From: Thermodesulfovibrionia bacterium
Lineage (GTDB): Bacteria > Nitrospirota > Thermodesulfovibrionia > UBA6902 > BMS3Bbin08
Direction of reading: 5' to 3'
NCBI GenBank assembly: GCA_030694425.1
Contig: JAUXYI010000010.1
Location: 18,595 to 82,594 of the forward strand
DNA: 64,000 nt
In this document: positions 51,363 through 60,166 of the stretch, one piece after another
Numbering within the stretch: position 1 is the first letter of the stretch
How the letters are laid out: each line of letters begins with the position of its first letter
The notes under the pieces: generated by a model
Databases searched by the model: none
Seen by the model: the letters and a program-made list of their open reading frames with translations, nothing else
What the model was told of the DNA's origin: nothing
Translations under genes and position numbers: made by a program

Positions 51363-52033
51363 CTCTCCGATTTACCGATAATTTTAACTATTCCTTGAAC
51401 GTCTTCATTTAAATCTAGAATTCTTCCATACTGTAACCGCCATTGCAGTGCATTTGATATGGTCAGATATCCTTGTTCAGGCGGACTGTCAAGTATTTCT
51501 TGTGCCAACTTATTCATGGTAATTTCATCGGCGGGAATGTTTCTGTCAGTTAAGTATGCGACAATATCCTCTGCATTTGCGTTGTTCTCCAGCATTTGAC
51601 TGATAGTTCGCGTTAATTGATAATCTGCTGTTCGATTTTTATCTATAAACGTACAGCTTAGAAAATTAAGTCTGGATATTTTCTTTGCAGGATCATCATT
51701 TTTTTCATAAACAAACACTAACAGGTTATATCCTAAACCATATATTTTTTGACGTGCATTTCTAAAAGGGCATGATGATTGAGGTTGTTTAATAGAGGTA
51801 ACTTTAATATCTGTATTTATATCTTCGGAGGGCATGTCAATGCCGTTTGCAGACGAGCCTATTATGTAATCATACTTTGATGAAAGATAGTCCTGAAACT
51901 TGTGTTCAATAAAAGTTCCAACAGCCTTGCCATCCGTTATTCCAAACAAGGCAGAATTATCATATTGGGATTCAGCTTCACAAAAAGCCTTTGCTTCTTT
52001 AATCAAAATATCAATGGTCAGTTTCTGCCTCAT
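51359..52033 (-). CDS. putative type II restriction endonuclease
   Basis: The protein has 224 aa. A PD-(D/E)xK-like IDMPSEDINTDIK segment is present. The gene is translationally coupled to the MTase. Confidence 0.45.
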   Translation of the reverse strand: MRQKLTIDILIKEAKAFCEAESQYDNSALFGITDGKAVGTFIEHKFQDYLSSKYDYIIGSSANGIDMPSEDINTDIKVTSIKQPQSSCPFRNARQKIYGLGYNLLVFVYEKNDDPAKKISRLNFLSCTFIDKNRTADYQLTRTISQMLENNANAEDIVAYLTDRNIPADEITMNKLAQEILDSPPEQGYLTISNALQWRLQYGRILDLNEDVQGIVKIIGKSES

Positions 52034-52143
52034 TTTGACTTCCTCAACTCCTCCATCCTTCTGCTATCACCGATGATTATGGTGGTTTGGGTTTTGTAGG
52101 GTTTAACAATTAGAACCGTCCCCTTTTTGTTTTCTCTTAAAAA

Positions 52144-53151
52144 TTAATTAACCAATGAAGAATGTTTAAGCAATTTGCTGATATTTGGCTTGTTCGATGT
52201 CTTCAACATTTCTGACTCTTGCCCTTTAAGAATAGTATTAACCGGCGGAATATTCCATGCAGTGATTGAATCGCAAAGCCATCTATCATGAAAGCTTGAG
52301 AGTATATCCTGGTCAATTATAGTTTTCCATTCAATAGTTATTCCTTTATTATGTAATTCAGCCCTTAATCTTAAAAATTCATTTACTGCTGATTGTGTTT
52401 TATTTTGATCGCCAGAAATTATAACGAAGCTATTTAGCTTAGAAGCATCAAGACTATCGGCCAGAATCTCAAAAGCCTTTTTATCAAAATGCTTATCTAT
52501 CCAGTAGGCTGTTCCTTTTAAGGATTTTATTATCTCTTGTAGTCTTTTTATATTTGAAAATGGTGTTTCTGGTGAAATAAATTGATGAGCAGGTATCTGT
52601 GTAATATCCTGCTGCCATAAGACTTTGACATCTCTGGTATTTTTGTTATATGAAACAATACCGCCGAGTTTTAGAATTTCTAGGAAATTATTAAGCACAA
52701 CATCTTGGAAATCCAGGTGAAAATTGTGATGTTTTAATAAATTGTAGATATTTATTCGTTTAATGTTTTTACTGCCGCTTAAAACCTGAGAAATTAAAAT
52801 GACAGCAGGATGCAATTTAAGTGCTTCACCAAGAATTCTTTTTGCTTCGACTCCATTATTTTTTATGTACTTTTGGTTATAGTATTCTTTACCGAAAGAT
52901 GTTAGAGACACGCTTATTTCTTTAATTTTGTTTTCGATATTATTACTCGTAATGAAGTCGTACCCCTGCACAACTTTCTCTTTTTCTTCGGTCTTTATAA
53001 AATCCATACTTTCAAGAAATGCTATTTCGTCACTGTAATTTACTGTCTTCGACAATTCGCCATGTGCAATTCGCTTTATCAATTCATCAAAATATTTCCA
53101 TGGAAGATTTGTAATAATATATTTAGTATCCTTAGTTTCTGTCTCTTCCAC
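52144..53151 (-). CDS. hypothetical protein (335 aa), unknown function, defence-island context
   Basis: No family recognised. A possible Rx5H (HEPN-like) segment RLRAELH is present. The start codon shares the ATGA overlap with the upstream gene. Confidence 0.4.
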   Translation of the reverse strand: MEETETKDTKYIITNLPWKYFDELIKRIAHGELSKTVNYSDEIAFLESMDFIKTEEKEKVVQGYDFITSNNIENKIKEISVSLTSFGKEYYNQKYIKNNGVEAKRILGEALKLHPAVILISQVLSGSKNIKRINIYNLLKHHNFHLDFQDVVLNNFLEILKLGGIVSYNKNTRDVKVLWQQDITQIPAHQFISPETPFSNIKRLQEIIKSLKGTAYWIDKHFDKKAFEILADSLDASKLNSFVIISGDQNKTQSAVNEFLRLRAELHNKGITIEWKTIIDQDILSSFHDRWLCDSITAWNIPPVNTILKGQESEMLKTSNKPNISKLLKHSSLVN

Positions 53152-53834
53152 TATTTATTCTCTCCAAAAACAGACTTTTTTGCGCTATAAATATTTTTGA
53201 AAAGTTCTTCGATAGCCTCTCTCGATACCCCAATATCCAAATTTATATTTAAATTGAGAATTAACTTGATATCTCCAGAATGGGGTTTGTGAGGATCGAT
53301 GACTGTTGCCCGCGATTGTGCTTTTTCTTTTTTATTTATATTCTCAGGCGTTTCCTTTATAGGTTTTTTTTGTTGTGATTCTAAAGAAATAAGATCCCCA
53401 TCACTGTTGACGACATCTCTCAGGGCTAAAAAACAGTTAGTTATCATTCTTAACATGCTTTGCTTAACATCCGTAAAATGATTTTTAAAATAGTTTCTAA
53501 CTTCATTGTCATTTTCTGAATTTAAAGCATCTTTTACTGTGTTAAATAAATCTTCGTATACAACACTAATTTTATCCTTCAGACATTGCTTAAATTTGTC
53601 TGGCGTTCCTCTTAAATCATTTGCGGTATTGCTTAAGGTATTGTCGTCATTGAGGAACCCTAAAGTGTTTAACATAGCAATAACATAGGTGGGAGAGCCT
53701 ATGCCAAGAGTCTTCAGTTTTTGATTGTTTATTGGTTTAGGTTCTCTTCTCTCATGGATTAATTTAAAAATTTTGATTGTATCCCCACGCCCAGCATAAG
53801 GTAATTTTGGTTTTTCTTCTGAAGCTCTAGCCAT
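53151..53834 (-). CDS. hypothetical protein (227 aa), unknown function, coupled to 52144-53151
   Basis: ORF with a 1-nt overlap (ATGA) to the downstream gene. No recognisable motifs. Confidence 0.4.
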   Translation of the reverse strand: MARASEEKPKLPYAGRGDTIKIFKLIHERREPKPINNQKLKTLGIGSPTYVIAMLNTLGFLNDDNTLSNTANDLRGTPDKFKQCLKDKISVVYEDLFNTVKDALNSENDNEVRNYFKNHFTDVKQSMLRMITNCFLALRDVVNSDGDLISLESQQKKPIKETPENINKKEKAQSRATVIDPHKPHSGDIKLILNLNINLDIGVSREAIEELFKNIYSAKKSVFGENK

Positions 53835-53936
53835 CTCTAAGTTCCTCCTTTAAATACTGTTTTTTTCCTTCCTCACCCCTTCAACCATTCCCTTATCCGC
53901 CTTCTGGCCAATAAGCCTTCTTGCCTCTTTCTGCTG

Positions 53937-54116
53937 TCAATGTAAAATTTCATTTTGCATAGCCATATCAATTGCGCTATACCAGTCTATATAATCGCCA
54001 ATTTTATCTTCAATAACTTGCAACTCCTTTTTCGTAAACTTTCTTCCAAGTTCTTCTTCTGCAACATTTTGAACATCTTCAAGATTAATTGAATAAATGA
54101 TTTTTGAGGTATTCAT
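53937..54116 (-). CDS. hypothetical small protein (59 aa from MNTSKIIYSINLED...)
   Basis: The ORF's upstream extension is repeat-derived, so the start is set at 54116. Confidence 0.3.
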   Translation of the reverse strand: MNTSKIIYSINLEDVQNVAEEELGRKFTKKELQVIEDKIGDYIDWYSAIDMAMQNEILH

Positions 54117-54124
54117 ATTCTCTG

Positions 54125-54175
54125 TACCCCTCACCCTAACCCTCTCCCGCAAGGGGAGAGGGGAATGGATGACAC
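54125..54175. repeat. GC-rich palindrome CCCCTCACCCTAACCCTCTCCCGCAAGGGGAGAGGGGAATGG
   Basis: Direct reading of the sequence. Confidence 0.65.
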
Positions 54176-54199
54176 TACCGAGGGAATTGGGAGTCTCCC

Positions 54200-54424
54200 T
54201 TATTTCTGTATAAAACCCGCTGCCTTTTGCAGGCCTTCGCTAAAAGATTGAATGTCCTCTTCAAAGACCATTACCCTGTTATGCTCACGGGACTCTCCGA
54301 CCTTCCTCGATTCACTAATTACCAGATACTTTGAACCGCTGGTCGCCTCTTTGACATCAAAGAAATAGGTGCGACTGCCAGCCCTTACTTTTTCTGAAAA
54401 TAATTCCTTTTTTTCTGCAGACAT
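54200..54424 (-). CDS. DUF3276/PUR-like small nucleic-acid-binding protein
   Basis: ...RTYFFDVKEATSGSKYLVISESRK... Confidence 0.45.
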   Translation of the reverse strand: MSAEKKELFSEKVRAGSRTYFFDVKEATSGSKYLVISESRKVGESREHNRVMVFEEDIQSFSEGLQKAAGFIQK

Positions 54425-54497
54425 AGATATTCTCCTTTTACTTCAATTGATTCAATTGAACCATGTTTTTATACTTTTGTCAAGGGGAAAATAAAAG

Positions 54498-55340
54498 TCA
54501 AATTTCAGGCAAGAGGATGTTTATTTGGGCGCCTGGGAAATAGGCAAGATTAGCCTCTTTTTCTTTTCCCCTTGCCCAATCAGGTATTATCGAAAGCTTT
54601 GCTGTTCCCGAACGGATAGAAAGTTTACCACCCCACTGTTTGGCAAAACGCCTTACTGCTGCAAGTCCATGCCCTCTTCCCTTATCTGCATATCGTGATG
54701 CTCCATGTAGAAGGGCTTTTTCAATAGCATCAATATCTTTTTTAAAAGAAAACCTTTCTGACAACGATTTTCTGAAACCAACTCCGATATCCATAACAGC
54801 AATCTTAACAATATTTTTATCAATATTCTGAAAATGATATTTCTGTATTCCAACAAATCCGATATTTTTGCTATGCTCAAGGATATTTTGGCATACCTCT
54901 GAAAGGGCAACAATAAATCCATTGATTGCCCTGTTATCGTAGTGGAGATGCGTCATAAGGATAGCATGCGCACGTTCTTTTACCCTACCGACAATAAAAT
55001 GGATGTCATCTGACTTTTCTATCGGCGTAATCTCAAGTAAGACATCAGAATAAGAGCTTCTCAGATATTTATTTGATAATTGTGGCTTAGAGGGTTCAAG
55101 CTTAAAATATTTACCGGCAAATTTAAAAAAATCCATTCGCTCAAGATATTTCAGAACATCTTCTGATTCAGGAAGTTTGATGGTTTTCTGGATACCCTCT
55201 GACTTGAGAAGTTCACCAATTTCAAGAATGCCAACCATTCCATAAGGGTCTATAAATGTTACATCCTGAAGATTAATAACATCTACTTCATTGAAAAGTT
55301 TTAGAACTTGCTCAAAGGTATCTTCTGTTATCTGTGACAT
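54498..55340 (-). CDS. STAS-like N-terminal domain fused to GHKL (HATPase_c, anti-sigma-factor-kinase-like) ATPase
   Basis: N-box EVCQNILEHS, G1 box MDIGVGF and G2 box GRGHGL. The N-terminal 110 aa resemble SpoIIAA/STAS (VINLQDVTFIDPYGMVGIL). Confidence 0.55.
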   Translation of the reverse strand: MSQITEDTFEQVLKLFNEVDVINLQDVTFIDPYGMVGILEIGELLKSEGIQKTIKLPESEDVLKYLERMDFFKFAGKYFKLEPSKPQLSNKYLRSSYSDVLLEITPIEKSDDIHFIVGRVKERAHAILMTHLHYDNRAINGFIVALSEVCQNILEHSKNIGFVGIQKYHFQNIDKNIVKIAVMDIGVGFRKSLSERFSFKKDIDAIEKALLHGASRYADKGRGHGLAAVRRFAKQWGGKLSIRSGTAKLSIIPDWARGKEKEANLAYFPGAQINILLPEI

Positions 55341-55390
55341 TTGATATTTGAACTATGCAGGAAATTCTGCGCAGTAAAAAAAGTTATATG

Positions 55391-55485
55391 CCCCTCACCC
55401 TGACCCTCTCCTCTACGAGCCATGGCCGCAAGGGGAGAGGGGACTTGCTTATTCTCCCATCCCTTGATGTGAGGGGATGAAGGGG
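55391..55485. repeat. GC-rich palindrome (CCCCTCACCCTGACCCTCTCCTCTACGAGCCATGGCCGCAAGGGGAGAGGGG) plus GAGGGGATGAAGGGGATGG
   Basis: Direct reading of the sequence. Confidence 0.65.
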
Positions 55486-55502
55486 ATGGTGTTAATTTCA
55501 AG

Positions 55503-56174
55503 CTAAACAATCCTTCCATCCAGCATCCTGATAATTCTTTTGCATTTTGATGCGAGATGTTCATTGTGGGTCACAATTATAAAGGTTATGCCTTTCTTAT
55601 CATTTAGCTCCATCAAAAGCCTGAACAACTCCTCACCCGTCTGGGTATCAAGGTTCCCTGTAGGCTCATCAGCCAGTACAACAGCAGGCTCAAGCATAAG
55701 CGCCCTTGCAACAGCAACCCTCTGCTGTTCTCCACCTGAAAGTTCGCCAGGCTTATGCAGTAATCTATTGGAAAGCCCAACCTCTCCAAGAATTGCCTCT
55801 GCCCTTTTATATGCTTCTTTTTGATTAATACCGGAGATAAGCGCTGGCATCATTGTATTCTCTACTGCATTAAATTCGGGCAAAAGATGATGAAATTGAA
55901 ATACAAAACCAACTGTTTTATTCCTGAAATCAGACAGGGCATCGTTCTTTAAACTGAAAATATCCTTACCGTCATAAAAAATATTTCCTGACGTAGGCCT
56001 ATCAAGAGTGCCAAGTATATGAAGCAGGGTGCTTTTGCCGACGCCAGATGGTCCCATAATTGCTGCCATCTCACCCCTGTATAAATCAAGTGTTATGCCC
56101 TTTAACACATGGAGTTCTCTCCCCGGGGTCAGGAAGGATTTGTTCAGATTATTTATTTTTATGAACGTCTCCAC
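55503..56174 (-). CDS. lolD: lipoprotein-releasing system ATP-binding protein (LolD/MacB-type ABC ATPase)
   Basis: Walker A GPSGVGKST, the LSGGEQQRVAVARAL signature, and Walker B LADEPTGNLD. Confidence 0.8.
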   Translation of the reverse strand: METFIKINNLNKSFLTPGRELHVLKGITLDLYRGEMAAIMGPSGVGKSTLLHILGTLDRPTSGNIFYDGKDIFSLKNDALSDFRNKTVGFVFQFHHLLPEFNAVENTMMPALISGINQKEAYKRAEAILGEVGLSNRLLHKPGELSGGEQQRVAVARALMLEPAVVLADEPTGNLDTQTGEELFRLLMELNDKKGITFIIVTHNEHLASKCKRIIRMLDGRIV

Positions 56175-56439
56175 CTTTATCCTCTAATTGTTCTTCCTGC
56201 CTGCTGTTTTGTTTCAGGTCTAAATTTTCTTTAAGTTCCATTATCTTCTTCTTTATTTTTCCACTGCCTTTTTTTATTCCGTCAATTGCATCCCCAAATG
56301 CCTCAATTGCCCTGCCCGCGGTTACTACTTTTGCACCTGTCCATCTGAATGGTTCCCCGCCCTTCCAAATGGCAAGAACTACAGTAACTACAAACAGAAT
56401 AAATATAATCAATATTGTCCTGAAAATCAGTCTAAGCAT
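56149..56439 (-). CDS. hypothetical small membrane protein
   Basis: An N-terminal TM helix, ILIIFILFVVTVVLAIW. It overlaps the lolD start by 26 nt. Confidence 0.35.
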   Translation of the reverse strand: MLRLIFRTILIIFILFVVTVVLAIWKGGEPFRWTGAKVVTAGRAIEAFGDAIDGIKKGSGKIKKKIMELKENLDLKQNSRQEEQLEDKGGDVHKNK

Positions 56440-56469
56440 AACCAGCCCTTCATTAGTGTTTAAAGTTAG

Positions 56470-56575
56470 AGATTGCTTCGCTTCGCTCGCAATGACACAT
56501 TAGATGATAGCGTAACTTTCTTGTCATTGCGAGGAGTCGCGTAATATCGGGATGACGTGGCAATCTCATTGGTAA
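56470..56575. repeat. composite AGATTGCTTCGCTTCGCTCGCAATGAC ... GTCATTGCGAGGAGTCGCG...GCAATCTCATTGG repeat
   Basis: Direct reading of the sequence. Confidence 0.7.
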
Positions 56576-56605
56576 AAACGGTTTCACTTTTAAATTTTGC
56601 TTTCA

Positions 56606-57838
56606 TCACTCATATCTCAATGGCTCTACAGGATTTAATCTTGCTGCCTGCCACGATGGATAAATAGTTGCAAGGAAGCTGATAATAATTGCTGTCGCGG
56701 GAACAACAATAAAGTCAAACAAACTCATTCTAACAGGAAGATAGCTTAAATAATAAATATCAGGAGGAAGGTTTATAAATTTGTAAGTTTTTAAGAGATA
56801 GCATGTAATATATCCGCCTGCAAGACCAAGCAATGTCCCGATAATACCAATAGCAATTCCGTGAATCATAAAAATAGACATCACACCCCTGCTTGTAGCT
56901 CCCATAGCCCTGATTATAGCTACCTCACGGGATTTCTCTATAACAATCATAATCAGGTTGCTTATGATATTAAAAGATGCAACAAGAACAATTAAAACAA
57001 GGATTATAAACATAACTAATTTTTCAAGTTTGAGCGCTGAAAAAAGATTCCTGTTCATCTGCATCCAGTCTTTTGCATAGTAAGGTGGGCCGAGTGCGGT
57101 TTCTATTTTATCTGCGATTGCTGCTGAATTGTCAACATTATTCACTTTAACCTCAAAGCCCGTAATCGCATCACCAAATCTGAAAAAATCCTGAGCATCA
57201 TGGATATTAATAATCGCAAGGTTTGAATCATACTCATACATGCCTATTTCAAAGATGCCTGCTACTTTGAATTTCTTCATCCTGGGAATCATTCCAAGAG
57301 GACCGATATCTCCTGTTGGAGAAATCATTCTAACCTCATCACCTATTAATAAACCGAGGTTTCGCGCAAGTTCTCTGCCGATTATTATGCCCGGAACTTC
57401 TAAATTGTCTTTCTTGAGACCTTTCACGCTTCCGTCTTTAAGATATTTAAGGATATCTGTTGTATCTGCCTCCTGCTCTGGCTTAATGCCTCTAACTATA
57501 ACACCAAAAGCCCTTTCTCCAAAGCTCAGCATCACCTGACCAAAGATAAAAGGCGAGGAATATTTAACCCCCTGAATACCGTTAATTTTTTCTCTAAGGG
57601 GTTCATAATTTTGAATCCTTCCGCCATAATTTAAAACCACAATATGCGCATTTGCTCCAAGGATTTTCTTTTGAAGGTCTTCATGAAACCCTCCCATTAC
57701 AGAAAGCACCACAATAAGAGCCATAACTCCAAGGGCAACTCCTCCGATAGATATTAAGGTATTAATTGAAATGCCTTTATGTCTTTTTTTGGCTTTAAAA
57801 TAACGGAGGGCTATAAAAAATTGATAGGGAAAATTCAT
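56606..57838 (-). CDS. lolE: lipoprotein-releasing system permease (LolC/E, FtsX family)
   Basis: An N-terminal TM helix, a MacB-like periplasmic domain, and a C-terminal FtsX four-helix region. Confidence 0.8.
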   Translation of the reverse strand: MNFPYQFFIALRYFKAKKRHKGISINTLISIGGVALGVMALIVVLSVMGGFHEDLQKKILGANAHIVVLNYGGRIQNYEPLREKINGIQGVKYSSPFIFGQVMLSFGERAFGVIVRGIKPEQEADTTDILKYLKDGSVKGLKKDNLEVPGIIIGRELARNLGLLIGDEVRMISPTGDIGPLGMIPRMKKFKVAGIFEIGMYEYDSNLAIINIHDAQDFFRFGDAITGFEVKVNNVDNSAAIADKIETALGPPYYAKDWMQMNRNLFSALKLEKLVMFIILVLIVLVASFNIISNLIMIVIEKSREVAIIRAMGATSRGVMSIFMIHGIAIGIIGTLLGLAGGYITCYLLKTYKFINLPPDIYYLSYLPVRMSLFDFIVVPATAIIISFLATIYPSWQAARLNPVEPLRYE

Positions 57839-57840
57839 AA

Positions 57841-57917
57841 AAATTCAAAATGCAAAGTTCAAAATGCACAATTGAGGAATTCCATAATTTTGATTTTTAA
57901 TTTTTAATTTTTGCATT
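57841..57917. repeat. AT-rich CAAAATGCAAAGTTCAAAATGCAC...TTTGATTTTTAATTTTTGCATTT inverted-repeat element
   Basis: Direct reading of the sequence. Confidence 0.6.
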
Positions 57918-57921
57918 TATT

Positions 57922-59439
57922 CTATTGTTCCGGTTTAAGCTGTGGAAACAATACCACATCTCTTATGGATGGAGAATTGGTAAAAATCATAAACAGCCTG
58001 TCAATGCCTATCCCTTCACCTGCAGCAGGCGGCATACCGTATTCAAGCGCCCTTACAAAATCCTCATCCATATAACCTGCCTCTTCATCCCCCATGTTCC
58101 GCGCTTCAACCTGTTTTAAAAATCTTTCTTTCTGGTCGGCAGGGTCATTAAGCTCGGAAAAGGCATTGGCAATTTCTCTTCCGGCTACAAACAACTCAAA
58201 CCTTTCCACAAATTCAGGATTATCTTTCTTCCTCTTCGCAAGGGGTGAAAGCTCAACAGGATAATCTACAATGAAGACAGGCTGGATGAGCTTTGGCTCA
58301 ACCTTTTTCTTAAATATCTCATCCAGTATCTTCCCGTATGTAGCCTTTCTGCTGATATCGATATTATTCTGGATTGCGTACTCTCTCGCCTTTTCTATAT
58401 CACTGAACACTGCAGAATCAACTCCCTGCTGTTCCATTGCATCCTTCATGCTTAATCTTGGCCACGGAGGAGTAAAATCAATTATCTGTTCCTGAGATTG
58501 TGCTGCACCGGCATCATGAGATGCAGAACTTTCACTGTAAGGTATGCGCAGTCCTCCTGCGATTTCCCTGCAGAGATGTGCAATGAGCGCCTCTGTGAAA
58601 TCCATCAGATATTTATAATCTGCATATGCAATGTAAAATTCCAGCATGGTAAACTCAGGGTTATGTTTTGTGGATATGCCTTCATTCCTAAAGTTTTTAT
58701 TGAGCTCATAGACCTTTTCATATCCGCCGACAAGAAGTTTTTTTAAATAAAGTTCAGGCGCTATCCTGAGGTAAAGGTCAATCCCTAATGCTATATGGTG
58801 GGTTTTAAATGGCCGTGCAGTTGCTCCGCCCGGTATCTGGTGCATCATTGGGGTCTCAACTTCTATAAAATCCCTCTCATCAAAAAAAATCCTGATTGCC
58901 TTTATCAGTCTGCTGCGTTTTAAAAATATTTCTCTCACGTGCGGATTGACGATAAGGTCAACGTACCTCTGTCGGTACCTGGTCTCAACATCCCTGAGCC
59001 CGTGCCATTTCTCAGGCAGCGGCCTCAAAGACTTGCACAGCAATACAAATTCCATAACCTCAATAGTAAGCTCGTTTGTCTTTGTCCTGAAAAGCGGTCC
59101 TTTTAAGCCAATTATATCTCCGACATCAAGATTTTTCAGTACATCATATTTTTTGCCAAGGACGTCTTTCTTAAAATATATCTGCAGCTTTCCGCTTGCA
59201 TCCTGAACATGTGCAAAGGCAGCCTTGCCAAAACTCCTTAAGGCAATAATGCGGCCCGCGATAGTGTAGTTTTCATTTTTAGTCTCTAATTCTTCCTTGC
59301 TTATATTCTCATATTTTTCAAGTATGTCAGATACCCTGTCTTTGACTTCAAACACACCGCCGTAAGGGTCAATGCCCAGCTCTCTAAGCTGTTTAAGTTT
59401 TTTAATCCTCTCCTGCATCAGTTCATTAATTTCTTCCAT
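57922..59439 (-). CDS. lysS: lysine--tRNA ligase (class II)
   Basis: An OB-fold anticodon-binding N-terminus plus class II motifs. The protein has 505 aa. Confidence 0.9.
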   Translation of the reverse strand: MEEINELMQERIKKLKQLRELGIDPYGGVFEVKDRVSDILEKYENISKEELETKNENYTIAGRIIALRSFGKAAFAHVQDASGKLQIYFKKDVLGKKYDVLKNLDVGDIIGLKGPLFRTKTNELTIEVMEFVLLCKSLRPLPEKWHGLRDVETRYRQRYVDLIVNPHVREIFLKRSRLIKAIRIFFDERDFIEVETPMMHQIPGGATARPFKTHHIALGIDLYLRIAPELYLKKLLVGGYEKVYELNKNFRNEGISTKHNPEFTMLEFYIAYADYKYLMDFTEALIAHLCREIAGGLRIPYSESSASHDAGAAQSQEQIIDFTPPWPRLSMKDAMEQQGVDSAVFSDIEKAREYAIQNNIDISRKATYGKILDEIFKKKVEPKLIQPVFIVDYPVELSPLAKRKKDNPEFVERFELFVAGREIANAFSELNDPADQKERFLKQVEARNMGDEEAGYMDEDFVRALEYGMPPAAGEGIGIDRLFMIFTNSPSIRDVVLFPQLKPEQ

Positions 59440-59488
59440 TGCTCACCTTATTATTAAAATAAAAAACGGGAAAAATGAATAATTTTAG

Positions 59489-59755
59489 TTATTCTAATAA
59501 ACCCGACAGAATCTTTGTTTTTTCTGCAATTATCCTGTCCAGATTCTCCTGTTCCATTTTGAGTTTGAAAAATTCATCTGCTATGCCGAAGGCAGCCATG
59601 ATTGCCGCCTTAACATGAGTTATATTCGGTGCAACGTTGTAAATCTCGTTTAATTTCTCATCCACATACTGCGCAAGGCTTCTTATGTATGCCTCGTCCT
59701 CCTCTGTTCTGATAGAATAACTCTGGCCTAATATTTTGACTTCTACGGAACGCAT
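59489..59755 (-). CDS. zapA: cell division protein ZapA
   Basis: MRSVEVKILGQSYSIRTEEDEAYIRSLAQYVDEKL. Confidence 0.75.
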   Translation of the reverse strand: MRSVEVKILGQSYSIRTEEDEAYIRSLAQYVDEKLNEIYNVAPNITHVKAAIMAAFGIADEFFKLKMEQENLDRIIAEKTKILSGLLE

Positions 59756-59773
59756 TGTTATTGCCCCATTGTC

Positions 59774-60118
59774 TTAATTATCTTTGGTTATGAGCTCTAC
59801 TGACTCAAGTTCTTTTATCAAACCTTCTACCTGAGATTTTATGGTTGAACGCTCATTATTAAGCCTGTCAACATCAGCTTTAAGTTTTACAATTTCCTTC
59901 ATATCCTGCTTTGCTGCCTTTAATTCATCATCCTTTTTCTTAAGCTCTTCATGGTAAGTCTTTATCTTTGCATTTAATGCCTTATTTTCTTCAGTTAAAG
60001 CCTTAATCTTATCAACTACTTTCGCTATCTTTTCTTCAAGCATTCTTATATTTTCCACAGATGACTCCCCCCTTATAGAATCAAACATATTTTGCTGCAT
60101 TTGCATGTAAATTATCAA
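59774..60118 (-). CDS. ZapB-like coiled-coil cell-division protein
   Basis: The whole protein is a heptad coiled coil. It lies immediately upstream of zapA. Confidence 0.5.
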   Translation of the reverse strand: MIIYMQMQQNMFDSIRGESSVENIRMLEEKIAKVVDKIKALTEENKALNAKIKTYHEELKKKDDELKAAKQDMKEIVKLKADVDRLNNERSTIKSQVEGLIKELESVELITKDN

Positions 60119-60166
60119 AAATAAAGTTGAAAAGTAAACCTTTATTATTATTTATGCCTTTAACTC

